The position numbers and the translations under genes were made by a program. Below, piece by piece: positions 19,584-31,083 of a stretch of 64,000 nt of DNA (positions are counted from its first letter, which is position 1; each line of letters opens with the position of its first letter). Source of the stretch: Christensenellaceae bacterium (lineage in GTDB: Bacteria; Bacillota; Clostridia; Christensenellales; DTU072); the NCBI GenBank assembly GCA_031259965.1, contig JAIRKT010000049.1, positions 1,991-65,990 on the forward strand, written 5' to 3'. Below the pieces are notes generated by a model. The model did no database searches. It saw only the letters and a program-made list of their open reading frames with translations, and had not been told where the DNA came from.

Positions 19584-20591
19584 ATGGGTCAATATAATAT
19601 AGCTGTCGTGGGTGCGACTGGTATGGTAGGTGCTACCTTTTTAAAAGTATTAGAAGAAAGGCAACTACCCTGCGCTAATTTTTATCTTTATGCTTCAGAA
19701 AAATCTGAAGGCAAAAAGGTAATTTTTAATGGTGCGGAACATACCATACTCGCATTAACAGAAAAGAATATTTTAAACAAAAAGATCCATATTGCACTTT
19801 TTTCCGCAGGTGCTACGGTGTCTGAAATGTTTGCACCTATATTTGCAAAAAATGGTGCCATTGTAATTGATAATAGTAGCAAATGGCGAACCTATCCTGA
19901 TGTTCCATTAGTTGTACCAGAGGTGAATGGTGCTATGGCCCTAAATCACAAAGGTATTATTGCAAACCCAAATTGCAGCACCATACAAGCTGTTGTAGCG
20001 ATTAAACCGCTATATGATAAATATGGCATAAAGCGCATTATTTACAGCACCTATCAAGCGGTATCTGGTGCTGGCGTGGCAGGCTATAACGACCTAAAGA
20101 ATGGCATAGATGGAATTTCACCTCAAAAATTCCCATACCAGATTTTTGGGAACGTAATTCCACAAATCGATGTTTTCTCTGATGATGGTTACACAAAAGA
20201 AGAAATAAAAATGATTTTTGAAACAAAAAAGATTTTGAACGACACTAATTTAAAAGTTACAGCCACTACAGTCCGTGTGCCAGTGTTTCATGGGCATAGT
20301 GAGAGCATAAATATTGAATTCATTAAGCCCTCAGATAAAAATGGTATTTTCGATGCACTGCAAAACGCGCCTGGTATTAAAGTGGTAGACAATTTGGATA
20401 AATGTGAATATCCTATGCCTATACATGCAGAGGGTAGTGATCTAGTTTTTGTAGGCAGAATACGCACAGATAAAACTGTGGATTCTGGCTGTAATATTTG
20501 GGTTGTAGCTGATAATATACGAAAAGGCGCCGCAACCAATGCAGTTCAAATAGCAGAATATTTAATTGAGCATGGAGGGATTAATCAATGA
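19584..20591 (+). CDS. asd: Aspartate-semialdehyde dehydrogenase
   Basis: VVGATGMVG, ANPNCST, YQAVSGAG, DNIRKGAA; start moved to ATG 19584. Confidence 0.95.
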   Translation: MGQYNIAVVGATGMVGATFLKVLEERQLPCANFYLYASEKSEGKKVIFNGAEHTILALTEKNILNKKIHIALFSAGATVSEMFAPIFAKNGAIVIDNSSKWRTYPDVPLVVPEVNGAMALNHKGIIANPNCSTIQAVVAIKPLYDKYGIKRIIYSTYQAVSGAGVAGYNDLKNGIDGISPQKFPYQIFGNVIPQIDVFSDDGYTKEEIKMIFETKKILNDTNLKVTATTVRVPVFHGHSESINIEFIKPSDKNGIFDALQNAPGIKVVDNLDKCEYPMPIHAEGSDLVFVGRIRTDKTVDSGCNIWVVADNIRKGAATNAVQIAEYLIEHGGINQ

Positions 20592-21469
20592 CTCTTTTCA
20601 AGGGTGCTGCAACAGCATTAATTACACCTTTTAAAAATAACGATAAAATAGATTTTGAAGCACTAGAAAATTTAGTTAACTTTCAAATTGATAATGGTAT
20701 TAGCGCATTAGTCGTAGCAGGCACTACGGGTGAACCTACAACCATGACACATGCTGAGAGAACATCCGTTGAGCGATTTGTGCTTGAATGCACAAAAGGC
20801 CGTATCCCTGTTATTATTGGAGCTGGAAGCAATAATACCCATACAGCCGTAGAATATGCAAGAGAGGCCGAGGACTTGGGCGCAAATGGCGTTTTAGTTG
20901 TAACGCCTTATTATAACAAATGTACACAAGCTGGATTAATTGCTCATTATACAACAGTAGCCGATGCTATAAATATTCCTGTTATTCTATACAATGTACC
21001 AGGGCGTACTGGGGTTAACATAAATCCAGACACAGCATTAAAACTTAGCGACCATAAAAACATTGTTGCTATTAAAGAAGCTTCAGGACAGTTAAATCAA
21101 TTTATGAGCCTTGCTCCTTTAATAGAAGGGAAAATGGATCTCTATAGCGGTGATGATGGACTTATTTATCCATTAATGGCTCTGGGTGCTATAGGAGTAA
21201 TCAGTGTTGCCTCGAATATAATACCTAAATTCATTTCTGAATTAGTTGGCGCCTATTTTGATGATAATTTATCTTTGAGCCGTGATATGCAATTTAAGGT
21301 TAATCCTTTGATCTCCGCCTTGTTTTCAGAAGTTAACCCCATACCAGTCAAATGTGCCGCACGGTTGCTTGGTCTTTGTGACGATTACATGCGACTTCCT
21401 TTGACAAAATACTCAAAAGAAAATGAACTTAAAAAAACACTTAAGGACTTTGGTCTAAAATTAACTTAA
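20588..21469 (+). CDS. dapA: 4-hydroxy-tetrahydrodipicolinate synthase
   Basis: GTTGE, PYYNK, YNVPGRTG, IKEASG, SGDD, NPIPVK. Confidence 0.95.
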   Translation: MTLFKGAATALITPFKNNDKIDFEALENLVNFQIDNGISALVVAGTTGEPTTMTHAERTSVERFVLECTKGRIPVIIGAGSNNTHTAVEYAREAEDLGANGVLVVTPYYNKCTQAGLIAHYTTVADAINIPVILYNVPGRTGVNINPDTALKLSDHKNIVAIKEASGQLNQFMSLAPLIEGKMDLYSGDDGLIYPLMALGAIGVISVASNIIPKFISELVGAYFDDNLSLSRDMQFKVNPLISALFSEVNPIPVKCAARLLGLCDDYMRLPLTKYSKENELKKTLKDFGLKLT

Positions 21470-21494
21470 TAAGCAGGAGTAATCGCATAACTCT

Positions 21495-22256
21495 ATGAAT
21501 ATACTAATTTATGGAATCGGCGGCAAAATGGGCAAAACCCTACTAACCGCCTCCCAAAATACCGATGACATTAAAGCCGTAGCAGGTGTAGATGTTTTCG
21601 CGGATCCAACTGATTACAACATACCAGTATATAAAAGCATTAATCAGACAAAAGAATCATTTGAATGCATAATTGATTTTTCAGCCCACGAGGCCGTGTT
21701 TGATATTTTACCATTTGCAATATCTAAGAAAATTCCTTGTGTGCTAGCTACTACTGGTTATAATGAAGATGAATTAGACTTGATAGATAAAGCAGCACAA
21801 ACTATACCTATCTTTAAAACTGGCAACATGTCACTTGGTATTAATGTGCTCTCTAAATTGGTTATGGCCGCAGCAAATATGCTAGAAAATGCGGATGCTG
21901 AAATAATTGAAACTCATCACAATCAAAAGGTCGATGCCCCTTCTGGCACTGCATTGATGCTTTTGCATGCAATTGAAGATAGTAGAGGTCCTGTAAAACC
22001 CATCTTTGGTCGAAGTGGAATAAGCTCGCCTCGTGATTCTAAGGAAGTAGGAATACACGCCATTCGTGGTGGTAGTGTAGTAGGCAAACATTCAGTTATG
22101 TTTATGATGAATAATGAAGTTTTAACTTTGACACATGAAGCAGAAAACAAGATAGTTTTTGCTAATGGGGCTATTGATGCCGCTAGATTTTTAGTAGATC
22201 GCACGGAGGCTGGCATCTATAATATGAATCACTTGTTAAACACAAGATATTCTTAA
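21495..22256 (+). CDS. dapB: 4-hydroxy-tetrahydrodipicolinate reductase
   Basis: GKMG, ATTG, NMSLG, ETHHNQKVDAPSGTA. Confidence 0.95.
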   Translation: MNILIYGIGGKMGKTLLTASQNTDDIKAVAGVDVFADPTDYNIPVYKSINQTKESFECIIDFSAHEAVFDILPFAISKKIPCVLATTGYNEDELDLIDKAAQTIPIFKTGNMSLGINVLSKLVMAAANMLENADAEIIETHHNQKVDAPSGTALMLLHAIEDSRGPVKPIFGRSGISSPRDSKEVGIHAIRGGSVVGKHSVMFMMNNEVLTLTHEAENKIVFANGAIDAARFLVDRTEAGIYNMNHLLNTRYS

Positions 22257-22277
22257 TCACTAAAAGGAGCGTAGTAT

Positions 22278-23276
22278 ACGAAAAAAATTTTTTTATCAGA
22301 TAAAGACGGTTCCCTAACACCATTTATTGAGAACTATTACTATAACGAAGCAGAGAAACCACAAATTGTATTAAATTATCGTCTCTCTCTCAAAACAATA
22401 TCCGCCTGTGATTTTGTTATTTGCGACGCAGATGCATACGATAAAGCGGGTATCCAACTAAAAAATACAAATCTGCCCCCTTTAATTGTTGTTGGAACAG
22501 AAAAATCAGCTACATACATTTCTAACATACTAGAAAATGGGGTTTTCGATTATCTCTCATCACCTGTCAATTCAGGTTCATTAACTGCAGTATTGTGTCG
22601 CGTCGAAAGATTTTTAAAGCGCGGTTTTGTATGGGATCCAGATTACAACTATCCATACGACAGAGAAATTGCTATTATAAAATACATTCAAACAGATGAT
22701 AATTGTATTTTGAAATTCATATGTGACACTCTAATTAAAATGGATGACGCTTATGTCGATATGACAAAAAAGCGATTTGCTTTTAACAAATTGTTTAGCA
22801 ATATCATAAATGCAATTTATACAAAATTCGATTGGCTTCATCTATATCTAGCTAAGGAAGAGATAATTGATACACCAGCTTTTGCAAAAAATGCTGCTGG
22901 CCTCGTTCCTTTTTTTGAGAATCTTTTTAACGGCCTTTTCGTAATGCAAAAAAATCTAGCACTTGATATTTCTAACTATGTTTTACGCAATCCTGAAAAC
23001 GATCTATCGCTATCCGTTGTTGCAAGGATCTTTTACTATAACCCTAGTTATTTATCTGTTAGATTCAAAAAATTAACAGGATTACATTACAACTCTTATG
23101 CAGTTTTTGTAAAACTCTGTAGGGGTGATTTTCTAATTAGATATAAGAACTTGACTGTAACTGATGTCTCTTCGAGATTAACCTACACGGAATCACAATA
23201 TTTTTCCACTATTTATAAAAAATTTGTATCTCCTTTTGCCAATATCATCTCAAATTCTAGGTCACAGAATAAATAA
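22278..23276 (+). CDS. Receiver-like domain plus AraC HTH regulator, apparent ACG start
   Basis: Frame open from ACG 22278 (8 nt after AAGGAG): xKKIFLSD..DFVICD..GVFDYLSSP; C-terminal LSVVARIFYYNPSYLS..FKK..SQYFS AraC motif. Confidence 0.7.
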   Translation, partial: TKKIFLSDKDGSLTPFIENYYYNEAEKPQIVLNYRLSLKTISACDFVICDADAYDKAGIQLKNTNLPPLIVVGTEKSATYISNILENGVFDYLSSPVNSGSLTAVLCRVERFLKRGFVWDPDYNYPYDREIAIIKYIQTDDNCILKFICDTLIKMDDAYVDMTKKRFAFNKLFSNIINAIYTKFDWLHLYLAKEEIIDTPAFAKNAAGLVPFFENLFNGLFVMQKNLALDISNYVLRNPENDLSLSVVARIFYYNPSYLSVRFKKLTGLHYNSYAVFVKLCRGDFLIRYKNLTVTDVSSRLTYTESQYFSTIYKKFVSPFANIISNSRSQNK

Positions 23277-23483
23277 AGTACACATTCTAAAGCACACATT
23301 CTATTAATTTGAATGTTTAAAACCCTCATAAATTAACATTGATGATGTCCCTATCTCAAAACAACATGGCTTTTAAACAATATTTCTAGACACCTTAACA
23401 AAATCTCTTTTTATTTAGCACGTGTAGCAGTGCAATGAATTTTAATATTTATTCTACTCCGAAAACCGTGATTAATAAATTTG

Positions 23484-24110
23484 TCATGTACCACGTTTTA
23501 TAAATTCAACGTCAAAATTAAATTTACCCTCTATCATGCCGATTACATAGCGCACAATAACGCGTCCCACTATCGCGTCATCACTAAATACGCCTATCAA
23601 GCCGGCCTCTCTACTATCTCTTGAGACCTTGCGATTATCACCCATATAAAAGAATTCGTTTTCACTTAACTTTATCTTAGAGGAAGAATTTCCTCCCATG
23701 TTTTCATCATGGACATATGGTTCATCTATTAACAGATCATTTACATAGGTTTCAAACTTATTACTAGATTCATTTAATCTAACTTCGACTGTATCGCCAG
23801 GTAACCCTATTATTCTCTTTACCAAATATACTGAATCAGCGCCCTCAACATTATATGTCTCTGAGGATTCAAAAACAATTATATCCCCTCTTTTGTATTT
23901 TCCTAGTTTATATACCACAACCTGATCCGAATGATTAAGCGTGTTTAACATAGAAGTACCATCTATACTTATACTGTAAAAAAGTGAATTAGTAACAATA
24001 AACGCGATAATCATGCAAAAAAAGACAAACAACAAGTTTAGTGCGATACTTCGCAGAATTTTGAGTCCTCTTTTTTCTGGAATATTTACTATTTTCTTCT
24101 CTTTTTCCAT
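23484..24110 (-). CDS. lepB: Signal peptidase I
   Basis: TM helix, GTSM (Ser), LVKRIIG (Lys), GDNR..SRDSR. Confidence 0.93.
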   Translation of the reverse strand: MEKEKKIVNIPEKRGLKILRSIALNLLFVFFCMIIAFIVTNSLFYSISIDGTSMLNTLNHSDQVVVYKLGKYKRGDIIVFESSETYNVEGADSVYLVKRIIGLPGDTVEVRLNESSNKFETYVNDLLIDEPYVHDENMGGNSSSKIKLSENEFFYMGDNRKVSRDSREAGLIGVFSDDAIVGRVIVRYVIGMIEGKFNFDVEFIKRGT

Positions 24111-24175
24111 TTTATTTTGTTCTCCTATTATTAATCACAAGTTGCAGATTCTATAAACTCCTTTGTGCTAATAAA

Positions 24176-24805
24176 TTATGCTATGCGATCTATCGCATCA
24201 GCATCAACTTTTAACTTTCCATTTTCATCTCTAAAAATTGCATATCTAAGCACAACACGTCCAATAATTACGCTTCTTGAAAATGTGCCAAACCGATTCC
24301 CAGCACGGCTATCATAAGAGTCCATTCTATTATCGCCCATATAAAAGAATTCATCCTCCCCCAGCTTATACTTAGCAAACCCCTTTTTGTATGCAGTATC
24401 TTCAATAGTTAAATATGACTCATCTACTTCTTCATCATTAACATATGTCACCATTTTCGACCCCAGCCTTACAACTTCAATATAGTCACCAGGTAATGCT
24501 ATTATTCTTTTTACTAAATATTCCTTTCTGTATGGATTATTAACAAAGTCTGGTGATACAAATATTATTACATCACCTCTCATGTAAGTGCCTAATTTAA
24601 ATACAACTACATTATCTTTATGTTGTAGGGTATTAGCCATTGAAGTGCCATCGATTTGCATAACATTAAAAGATGTATTTAAGATTGTACTGAACATAAG
24701 CGAGCAGAAGAATGTAATAATCAGTATAACTATTACTTTATACCAATCCAGGTTCTCCTTCTTTTTTTTCTCAACTTTTACATCGCATAATTTTATTTTT
24801 TGCAT
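24176..24805 (-). CDS. lepB: Signal peptidase I (tandem paralogue)
   Basis: GTSM, LVKRIIA, GDNRMDSYDSR. Confidence 0.93.
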   Translation of the reverse strand: MQKIKLCDVKVEKKKKENLDWYKVIVILIITFFCSLMFSTILNTSFNVMQIDGTSMANTLQHKDNVVVFKLGTYMRGDVIIFVSPDFVNNPYRKEYLVKRIIALPGDYIEVVRLGSKMVTYVNDEEVDESYLTIEDTAYKKGFAKYKLGEDEFFYMGDNRMDSYDSRAGNRFGTFSRSVIIGRVVLRYAIFRDENGKLKVDADAIDRIA

Positions 24806-24830
24806 TTTATTATAGTGCTTCTCCTAGCTG

Positions 24831-26492
24831 TTAGATAAACAATATATTTCCTATTACAGTATCCCCACCAGAAATTTCTAATGCTTTAGCATTTGACCAT
24901 GTCGTCAAAGGCATATAATTATTATCCTTGAAATCACTCTTTTTTAGTTGCAGACTTATGAAAAAACCTTTACTATCTTGCAAATGAATATCCGCTTGAT
25001 ATTTTTTTATACTATCTCCATCTTTGCAGATCAATGTCGCAATTACACTGGATGATTTGCTTGTGCTAAATTCAATTTGCAACAGGCATTCTTCTATCTC
25101 TTGTGTCGCAATGCCTAGATGATAATTTCTAACGCCATCATCAGAGCACGCGAGACCTTTGACGCCAGATGCTGCCGTTAAAAGATTGATCCTGTGCTCA
25201 AAAAGCACTTCCTTATTATAGTTCTCAACAAAAGAGTCAGCTGGTGATTGTGTTGAGTAAATTACTCTAGAGGATGTTTCTTTTGTTGATTTTACTGGCT
25301 GTCCAGCAAGTTCAAGGTATTTCTCCAAAGATGACAAAATTATTCCGCCTAAATACTCTACTTCTGCAAACACGAAAAGTGGAGCATTTGCATCAGTTAC
25401 TTCAATCGTTGCTATGAATTCATTAGCAGAAACTACAATACCAGTTTTTTTTCTCCAATCTCGTATTACATGATTATATTCACCATAACTGTAATAAAGA
25501 TTTGCGTTTATCGCTTTAACTTTTTCATCACACTCAATTGTGGCATATATTTTCCCATCATCATTTACATTTACAGATAATGTAGGCATCTTTGGAAAAC
25601 AATACTCGCTTAAAATCATTTTAAACCAATTTTTTAAAGTATTGAAATTCTCTTGAAAAATATAATCGGAGGCTTTAGGACTAAATGATACGTATGTGCT
25701 CTCTGTTGGTAGCAATGCAACCAAGTTGTTTATTCTATCAATATCACTTCGCTCTCCATTTGTTCCAATTGCAATGAATGTAGGTTTTGTTATAAGTTTA
25801 GCATATGCAGCAGAAGCCACACCTGATAACCAACAGACAGTTTCATCAGTCATTTCTAATTCTTTGCAACTTCCATATTTGTTTAATTTTATATACTCTC
25901 TATATCCACTTCCATTAATACAAGCAAGCGCTACAATATCTGCTCCAGAACCTGTTGTTTGCATCGCTACTTCAACTGCATCTCCTAAACCAATCAACAA
26001 AACATGTGGATCAGGCAAAATATCTTTCAAGAAGACCAACGCCCTTCTCATAATTAAACTATATAAGTATTGACAGGTTTCTCTAGCGGTTGGCATAACA
26101 GTGCGTATATGATCTCCAGCTTTTGTGTATTCGCCATATTCATATTCCGCAGGATATTGCGTTTTTGGTTGGTCATTGCCAGCCATATCTGGAACAATTA
26201 CAATAAAACCATCTAAAACAAATCCCTTTATAAATTCTAAAGAGGGCATTCTATGATACTCTGGAACAATTAGCACAACTGGAACATCTTTGTTTAGGAG
26301 CGAATCACTGGCCACGTATTTTTTTGCAATAACAACCAACTTCCCACTTTGCGCACTCAGCGCAACAAAAGAATAAGTCGATATTTCCATACCATCTTCT
26401 AGAGATTTATCCATTAATTCAGTCTCTAGTGGGATGGCTTCTGGTTCGTAGTTTTGCCATATTGCGTTCGGCAGCAATATATTATATTTCAT
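24831..26492 (-). CDS. Alpha/beta-hydrolase-fold protein, catalytic motif degenerate
   Basis: PVVLIV..GFIVIVPD..RRAL.FL..IGLGDA..PTFIAIGTN layout; no GxSxG. Confidence 0.5.
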   Translation of the reverse strand: MKYNILLPNAIWQNYEPEAIPLETELMDKSLEDGMEISTYSFVALSAQSGKLVVIAKKYVASDSLLNKDVPVVLIVPEYHRMPSLEFIKGFVLDGFIVIVPDMAGNDQPKTQYPAEYEYGEYTKAGDHIRTVMPTARETCQYLYSLIMRRALVFLKDILPDPHVLLIGLGDAVEVAMQTTGSGADIVALACINGSGYREYIKLNKYGSCKELEMTDETVCWLSGVASAAYAKLITKPTFIAIGTNGERSDIDRINNLVALLPTESTYVSFSPKASDYIFQENFNTLKNWFKMILSEYCFPKMPTLSVNVNDDGKIYATIECDEKVKAINANLYYSYGEYNHVIRDWRKKTGIVVSANEFIATIEVTDANAPLFVFAEVEYLGGIILSSLEKYLELAGQPVKSTKETSSRVIYSTQSPADSFVENYNKEVLFEHRINLLTAASGVKGLACSDDGVRNYHLGIATQEIEECLLQIEFSTSKSSSVIATLICKDGDSIKKYQADIHLQDSKGFFISLQLKKSDFKDNNYMPLTTWSNAKALEISGGDTVIGNILFI

Positions 26493-26789
26493 ATTGTGCC
26501 AATCCCTTAAAATTTAAATCTAGATTATACAATCTACTACCTCTCCTTATTTTTAATATTAAACAGCTCAATTTATGAACTCTCATCACGCTTTTTGCAA
26601 TTTTCCTAGTTTATAGATCATATTATTTGATCATTCAAGAATCACTATACAAAAGTTGTTTTTACACCTCACTTTAACTCTATAACCATTTTTTAATAGT
26701 AGTTAGAATCAGTGTGCTATTTTAAGCATTTTAGCTAGTATGTCACTACAAACCAAGTATGCAGACTTGAATAGTAATGACTAGTCAAG

Positions 26790-29483
26790 TCACTCTTCTA
26801 CAGATATTGCAACATTCTTCTTTTTGCGGCTTATAACCAGCCCTATTGCTTTTTGAATTTCCGCAAAAGGCAATATCCCCAACGCAGTGGCCAAGGCTAT
26901 ACTCCATCCCTTGACTCCCAACTCTTCAGCACCAACAGCACCAAACATTGTAGTTCCCACACCAGGTATTAACAAGACTAATATTAATAAGGAAGCACAA
27001 ATTAAAAATGAAATATTCAAAGGTTTGTTTCCAAATGGATTCTCTGAAAAAAGTGAGCGATCAGGGAATCGCATGTTAAATGAATGAAATAGTTGAATAA
27101 AGCATAATGTTATAAAGGCCATTGTCATAGCTATATCGGTATCTGGGAATAAAACATATTTTCCTATACAAAAACTTAGCATTACCAATACGGTTTGCAT
27201 AATTCCTTGTATTAAAATTGCTTTTCCCGTTTTACCAGATAAAAGCCCCTCACCCGTTTTGCGTGGCGGTTGATTCATTACATCACGATCAGCTTTTTCC
27301 ATACCCAATGCTAATGCTGGCAAACTATCGGTTACTAAATTTATCCATAAAATCATAACTGGTGTTAAGAAACTCACATTAAGAAATAGTGTTGCTATGA
27401 AAAGACATAATACCTCTGCAATATTAGCCGATAACAAATATTGAATGGCCTTCTTTATATTACCATATACTTTTCGGCCCTCTTCTATTGCAGTTATTAT
27501 TGTAGCAAAATTATCGTCTGCTAAAACTACGTCGCTAGCACCCTTGCTAACATCGGTGCCTGTAATTCCCATTCCAATCCCAATATCGGCCGCCTTTATG
27601 CCCGGCGCATCATTAACACCATCACCAGTCATAGCAACCTTTTTGCCTTTTGCTTGATAAGCCTTTACAATCCTTACTTTGTTCTCAGGGCTTACACGAG
27701 CAAATACACAATAATTGTCAAGATTTTTTGCCATCTCATCATCATCTAGTTTGTCAAGTTCAGCACCTGTCATAATTATGCCGTTTTTAGTAAGAATTCC
27801 TATGTCTAAAGCAATAGCCTTAGCAGTTGCGGCATGATCACCTGTAATCATTATTGGTTTCATGCCAGCCCTACGACATTTTTTCACAGCATCCTTTACT
27901 TCTGCACGTGGTGGATCAATCATGCCTACTAATCCGACAAATATCATATCTTTTTCTGTATTTTCTTTGTCTAGGTTTTCATATTTTATCGCAGCACCCA
28001 ATATGCGTAATGCTTTACTTGCCATATCTGCGTTAGCTTTGATAATTGCATTTTTATCATCATCTGTAATTGCTCTAATAGTGTCACCAACTAGTATCAC
28101 ACTGCACTTGTCTAACAACAAATCTGGTGCACCCTTTATATGTGCCACGCGTCGTCCATCGACCATATTTATAGTCGACATCAATTTTCTTATACTATCA
28201 AATGGAATTTCATCTACTCTTTCATAAGCACTAAAATCATAGTTTAAACCGTCAGTATAAGCGATAAGCGCCGTTTCTGTAGGATCGCCTTGCAACTTAT
28301 CGTTTTCGCGCCTTGTGTCGTTACAGAGGGCAATACAGCGAAGTAAAACAATTACATCTGAAGTTAGCGTCTCATCCCCTGCTAACAAATTTCCAACCCC
28401 TTTCGTATATATCTCTTTAACAGTCATTTTGTTTAGAGTAAGTGTGCCTGTTTTATCTGAACAGATAACCTCGCAACAACCCAAAGTTTCAACTGCAGGC
28501 AAATTGCGCACTATTGCATTTTTCTCACTCATACGTCTTACACCAATTGCTAGAACTATAGTAACGACCGCCGGCAACCCTTCAGGGATTGCGGCAACTG
28601 CTATTGCTATTGCTGTCATAAATGCGAGACCAAATACATCACTAAAATTGGCATCACTTGTTAACCCACGTACAAATGCCACTATAAATATTATAGCAGC
28701 TATCACCAATACTAGCAAACTGAGTGTTTTTGCGGTTTTAGCTAATTGAATTTGAAGAGGGGTCTGTGATTCGTCTTTTTCATTTAACATATCAGCTATC
28801 TTCCCAACTTCTGTGTTCATTCCAGTAGCAACCGCAACTCCAGCGCCCCGTCCAAAATGAATTATTCCAGTACCATAACACATGTTAAATCTATCGCCTA
28901 GAGGAGCCTCAGGATTTTCAAGGACATCAATACCCTTTTCGGAAGGCACGGATTCACCTGTTAGGGCAGCTTCCTCAACCTTCAAACTAGCACACTCAAA
29001 TAATCGTATGTCAGCTGGTACAACATCACCTGCTTCTAAAATCACTACATCGCCTGGAACAATTTCTTCACTTTTAATTTTCATTGCAAGATTATCACGC
29101 AGCACCTTAGCAAAGGGTTTATTAAGATTTTTTAGTGCTTCCATCGAGGCTTCAGCTTTGCTTTCTTGAACCACACCTATTATCGCATTAATTATTACAA
29201 TCAATAGGATCAAGGCACCTTCTACGAGATCTTGATATTGTTTTTCCACTATAGCTAGTACCGCAGAAACTAGTGCAGCAAGAAGCAAAACAATTACCAT
29301 CATATCTTTGAATTGTTTAAAAAACTTTACTATTAGCGATGTTTTTTCTTCTTCTTTTAATTGATTTCTTCCATATTCTGACAATCTTTTTGAGGCTTCT
29401 TGTGAAGTTAATCCAGTTTTAGCGGTTTTATATTCATTTAAAGTCTCATCAACTGTTAGTGTATATACTGGTTTCAACAGCAT
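26790..29483 (-). CDS. P-type cation (Ca2+-type) ATPase
   Basis: TGES, IPEGLP, DKTGTLT, KGAP, DPPR, TGDGVND; start at ATG 29483 or TTG 29477. Confidence 0.95.
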   Translation of the reverse strand: MLLKPVYTLTVDETLNEYKTAKTGLTSQEASKRLSEYGRNQLKEEEKTSLIVKFFKQFKDMMVIVLLLAALVSAVLAIVEKQYQDLVEGALILLIVIINAIIGVVQESKAEASMEALKNLNKPFAKVLRDNLAMKIKSEEIVPGDVVILEAGDVVPADIRLFECASLKVEEAALTGESVPSEKGIDVLENPEAPLGDRFNMCYGTGIIHFGRGAGVAVATGMNTEVGKIADMLNEKDESQTPLQIQLAKTAKTLSLLVLVIAAIIFIVAFVRGLTSDANFSDVFGLAFMTAIAIAVAAIPEGLPAVVTIVLAIGVRRMSEKNAIVRNLPAVETLGCCEVICSDKTGTLTLNKMTVKEIYTKGVGNLLAGDETLTSDVIVLLRCIALCNDTRRENDKLQGDPTETALIAYTDGLNYDFSAYERVDEIPFDSIRKLMSTINMVDGRRVAHIKGAPDLLLDKCSVILVGDTIRAITDDDKNAIIKANADMASKALRILGAAIKYENLDKENTEKDMIFVGLVGMIDPPRAEVKDAVKKCRRAGMKPIMITGDHAATAKAIALDIGILTKNGIIMTGAELDKLDDDEMAKNLDNYCVFARVSPENKVRIVKAYQAKGKKVAMTGDGVNDAPGIKAADIGIGMGITGTDVSKGASDVVLADDNFATIITAIEEGRKVYGNIKKAIQYLLSANIAEVLCLFIATLFLNVSFLTPVMILWINLVTDSLPALALGMEKADRDVMNQPPRKTGEGLLSGKTGKAILIQGIMQTVLVMLSFCIGKYVLFPDTDIAMTMAFITLCFIQLFHSFNMRFPDRSLFSENPFGNKPLNISFLICASLLILVLLIPGVGTTMFGAVGAEELGVKGWSIALATALGILPFAEIQKAIGLVISRKKKNVAISVEE

Positions 29484-29805
29484 CCCTCCATATTGTTTTA
29501 ATATCGTAGATTTGTTTGCATTTTCAAACAAATCTGACTATGTAAGAGTTTCAAATCTTTATAATTTTAAATTATAGTATGTTTGTTGCAAATACTATTC
29601 TGCATTTTAAATATTGGAATAACTGGTTTTAAAACTACAAATTTCTTTATGAGATACGGTATATGCTTTAATAACTTTTATAATTTGCACTAAAAGATTA
29701 GATATATGAATGTACTCTTATAACTATCTCTCTTAGTTGCTAGCAAGCTTAATAGGCTGTCTATTCACCATATTATCTCTTTATATGCTAGCAATTTTAC
29801 ATACT

Positions 29806-29834
29806 ATTATATCATGATATAACAATTTATGCAA
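29806..29834 (-). promoter_or_regulatory. sigmaA-like promoter about 320 nt upstream of the ATPase
   Basis: TTGCAT-17 nt-TATAAT. Confidence 0.5.
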
Positions 29835-31083
29835 TATTATTTTTGAATGTAACAAAAGCACTACTAGTAGTTATGATAGTGCACCTCTCCTCAGATAGTA
29901 AAGTAAATTTTTTCACACAATGGAAGTGTGTTAATCCTAAATCTCGTTATTTAACTAGATAAGTGTTTTTGTGCCAAATGTCACTAAATATCGCCCTGTG
30001 TAACACACTTCATAATAAAAGATTCCATAATGCTTTGAACATTCTATAACTGTATTATCTCTAGTTTTGATAAGATTTGTTGTATTCAATTTTTGGAGGT
30101 TAGTACTTGATCGATTAATTTACTAATTAAGGATAGCGGTTGGCTTTTCCCACTCAAAATTAAAAGACAGTAAATGCTAGGCAAAAGACAACATTTTACT
30201 TTTCAAAGCCTTATAATATTCTAGGCATAAAACATGGTACAAGTTGCATCGTGGAATGACCGATGAGTTAAAACGTCTCGACGTTAAAAACCATATCGCT
30301 TTCACCAGCTACTTTAATATATCTTGTTATTAAAAGGCATTTTACAAGGTGAACGCATGGATCATTGCACTAAAATTTTTAAATTTTACAGACACTAATT
30401 AACATGTTGATAACCATGATTTTCTAGAAATAAATAAAATATGCCCTTTTCTGGGAAATAAACCCATACTTTAAGATTTCCTTGCTGATATACTTATGAA
30501 ATTAGAAGATATTTATAAAGAGAATTTTGGAGAATATGTTTAACAACGGATATAACAAAAAAAATTGTTTTATTATCGCTTTTAAAAGAAGCAAACATAT
30601 TGAAAGTCTTAACTAGAATACAAGTACCCGCCGCTTTTAAAGAGTGCACAAATAATATTTGCTAATAGATATAAGGATATAACAAAGCAAATGAAAAACA
30701 AAAATTAATATTAAATGCTATTCTCTAGTTAATGATCTCGATCTAATTGGTCTCGTATGTTTGTGGAATTTAAGATGATCCGTTCCACAAAATAATCCGA
30801 ATACTACATTATGATTTGAATAAAACTTTATCATGAGGATATTGTTTGGTTAAGATATATCCTTGCTTAAAAATCGTCTTCTTCCTAATATGAAAACCAA
30901 TGCGGCTATTGCTAATCTAGCAATATAGAATAGAATGATTTGCCCACCAAAAGTCGAACACTTAAAATTTTGCTTAAAATTCAAGGTTTATTTTTTTGAA
31001 AGTATATTAGGTTCCCTTTTTGTTGACATTCGGACCCTAATTATAATATAATTAGCATATTATTAATAATATAGGATGCATTT

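Noticed and set aside
19525-19584. Lysine riboswitch upstream of asd-dapA-dapB
   Set aside because: The predicted leader is under 60 nt, too short, and lacks L-box motifs.
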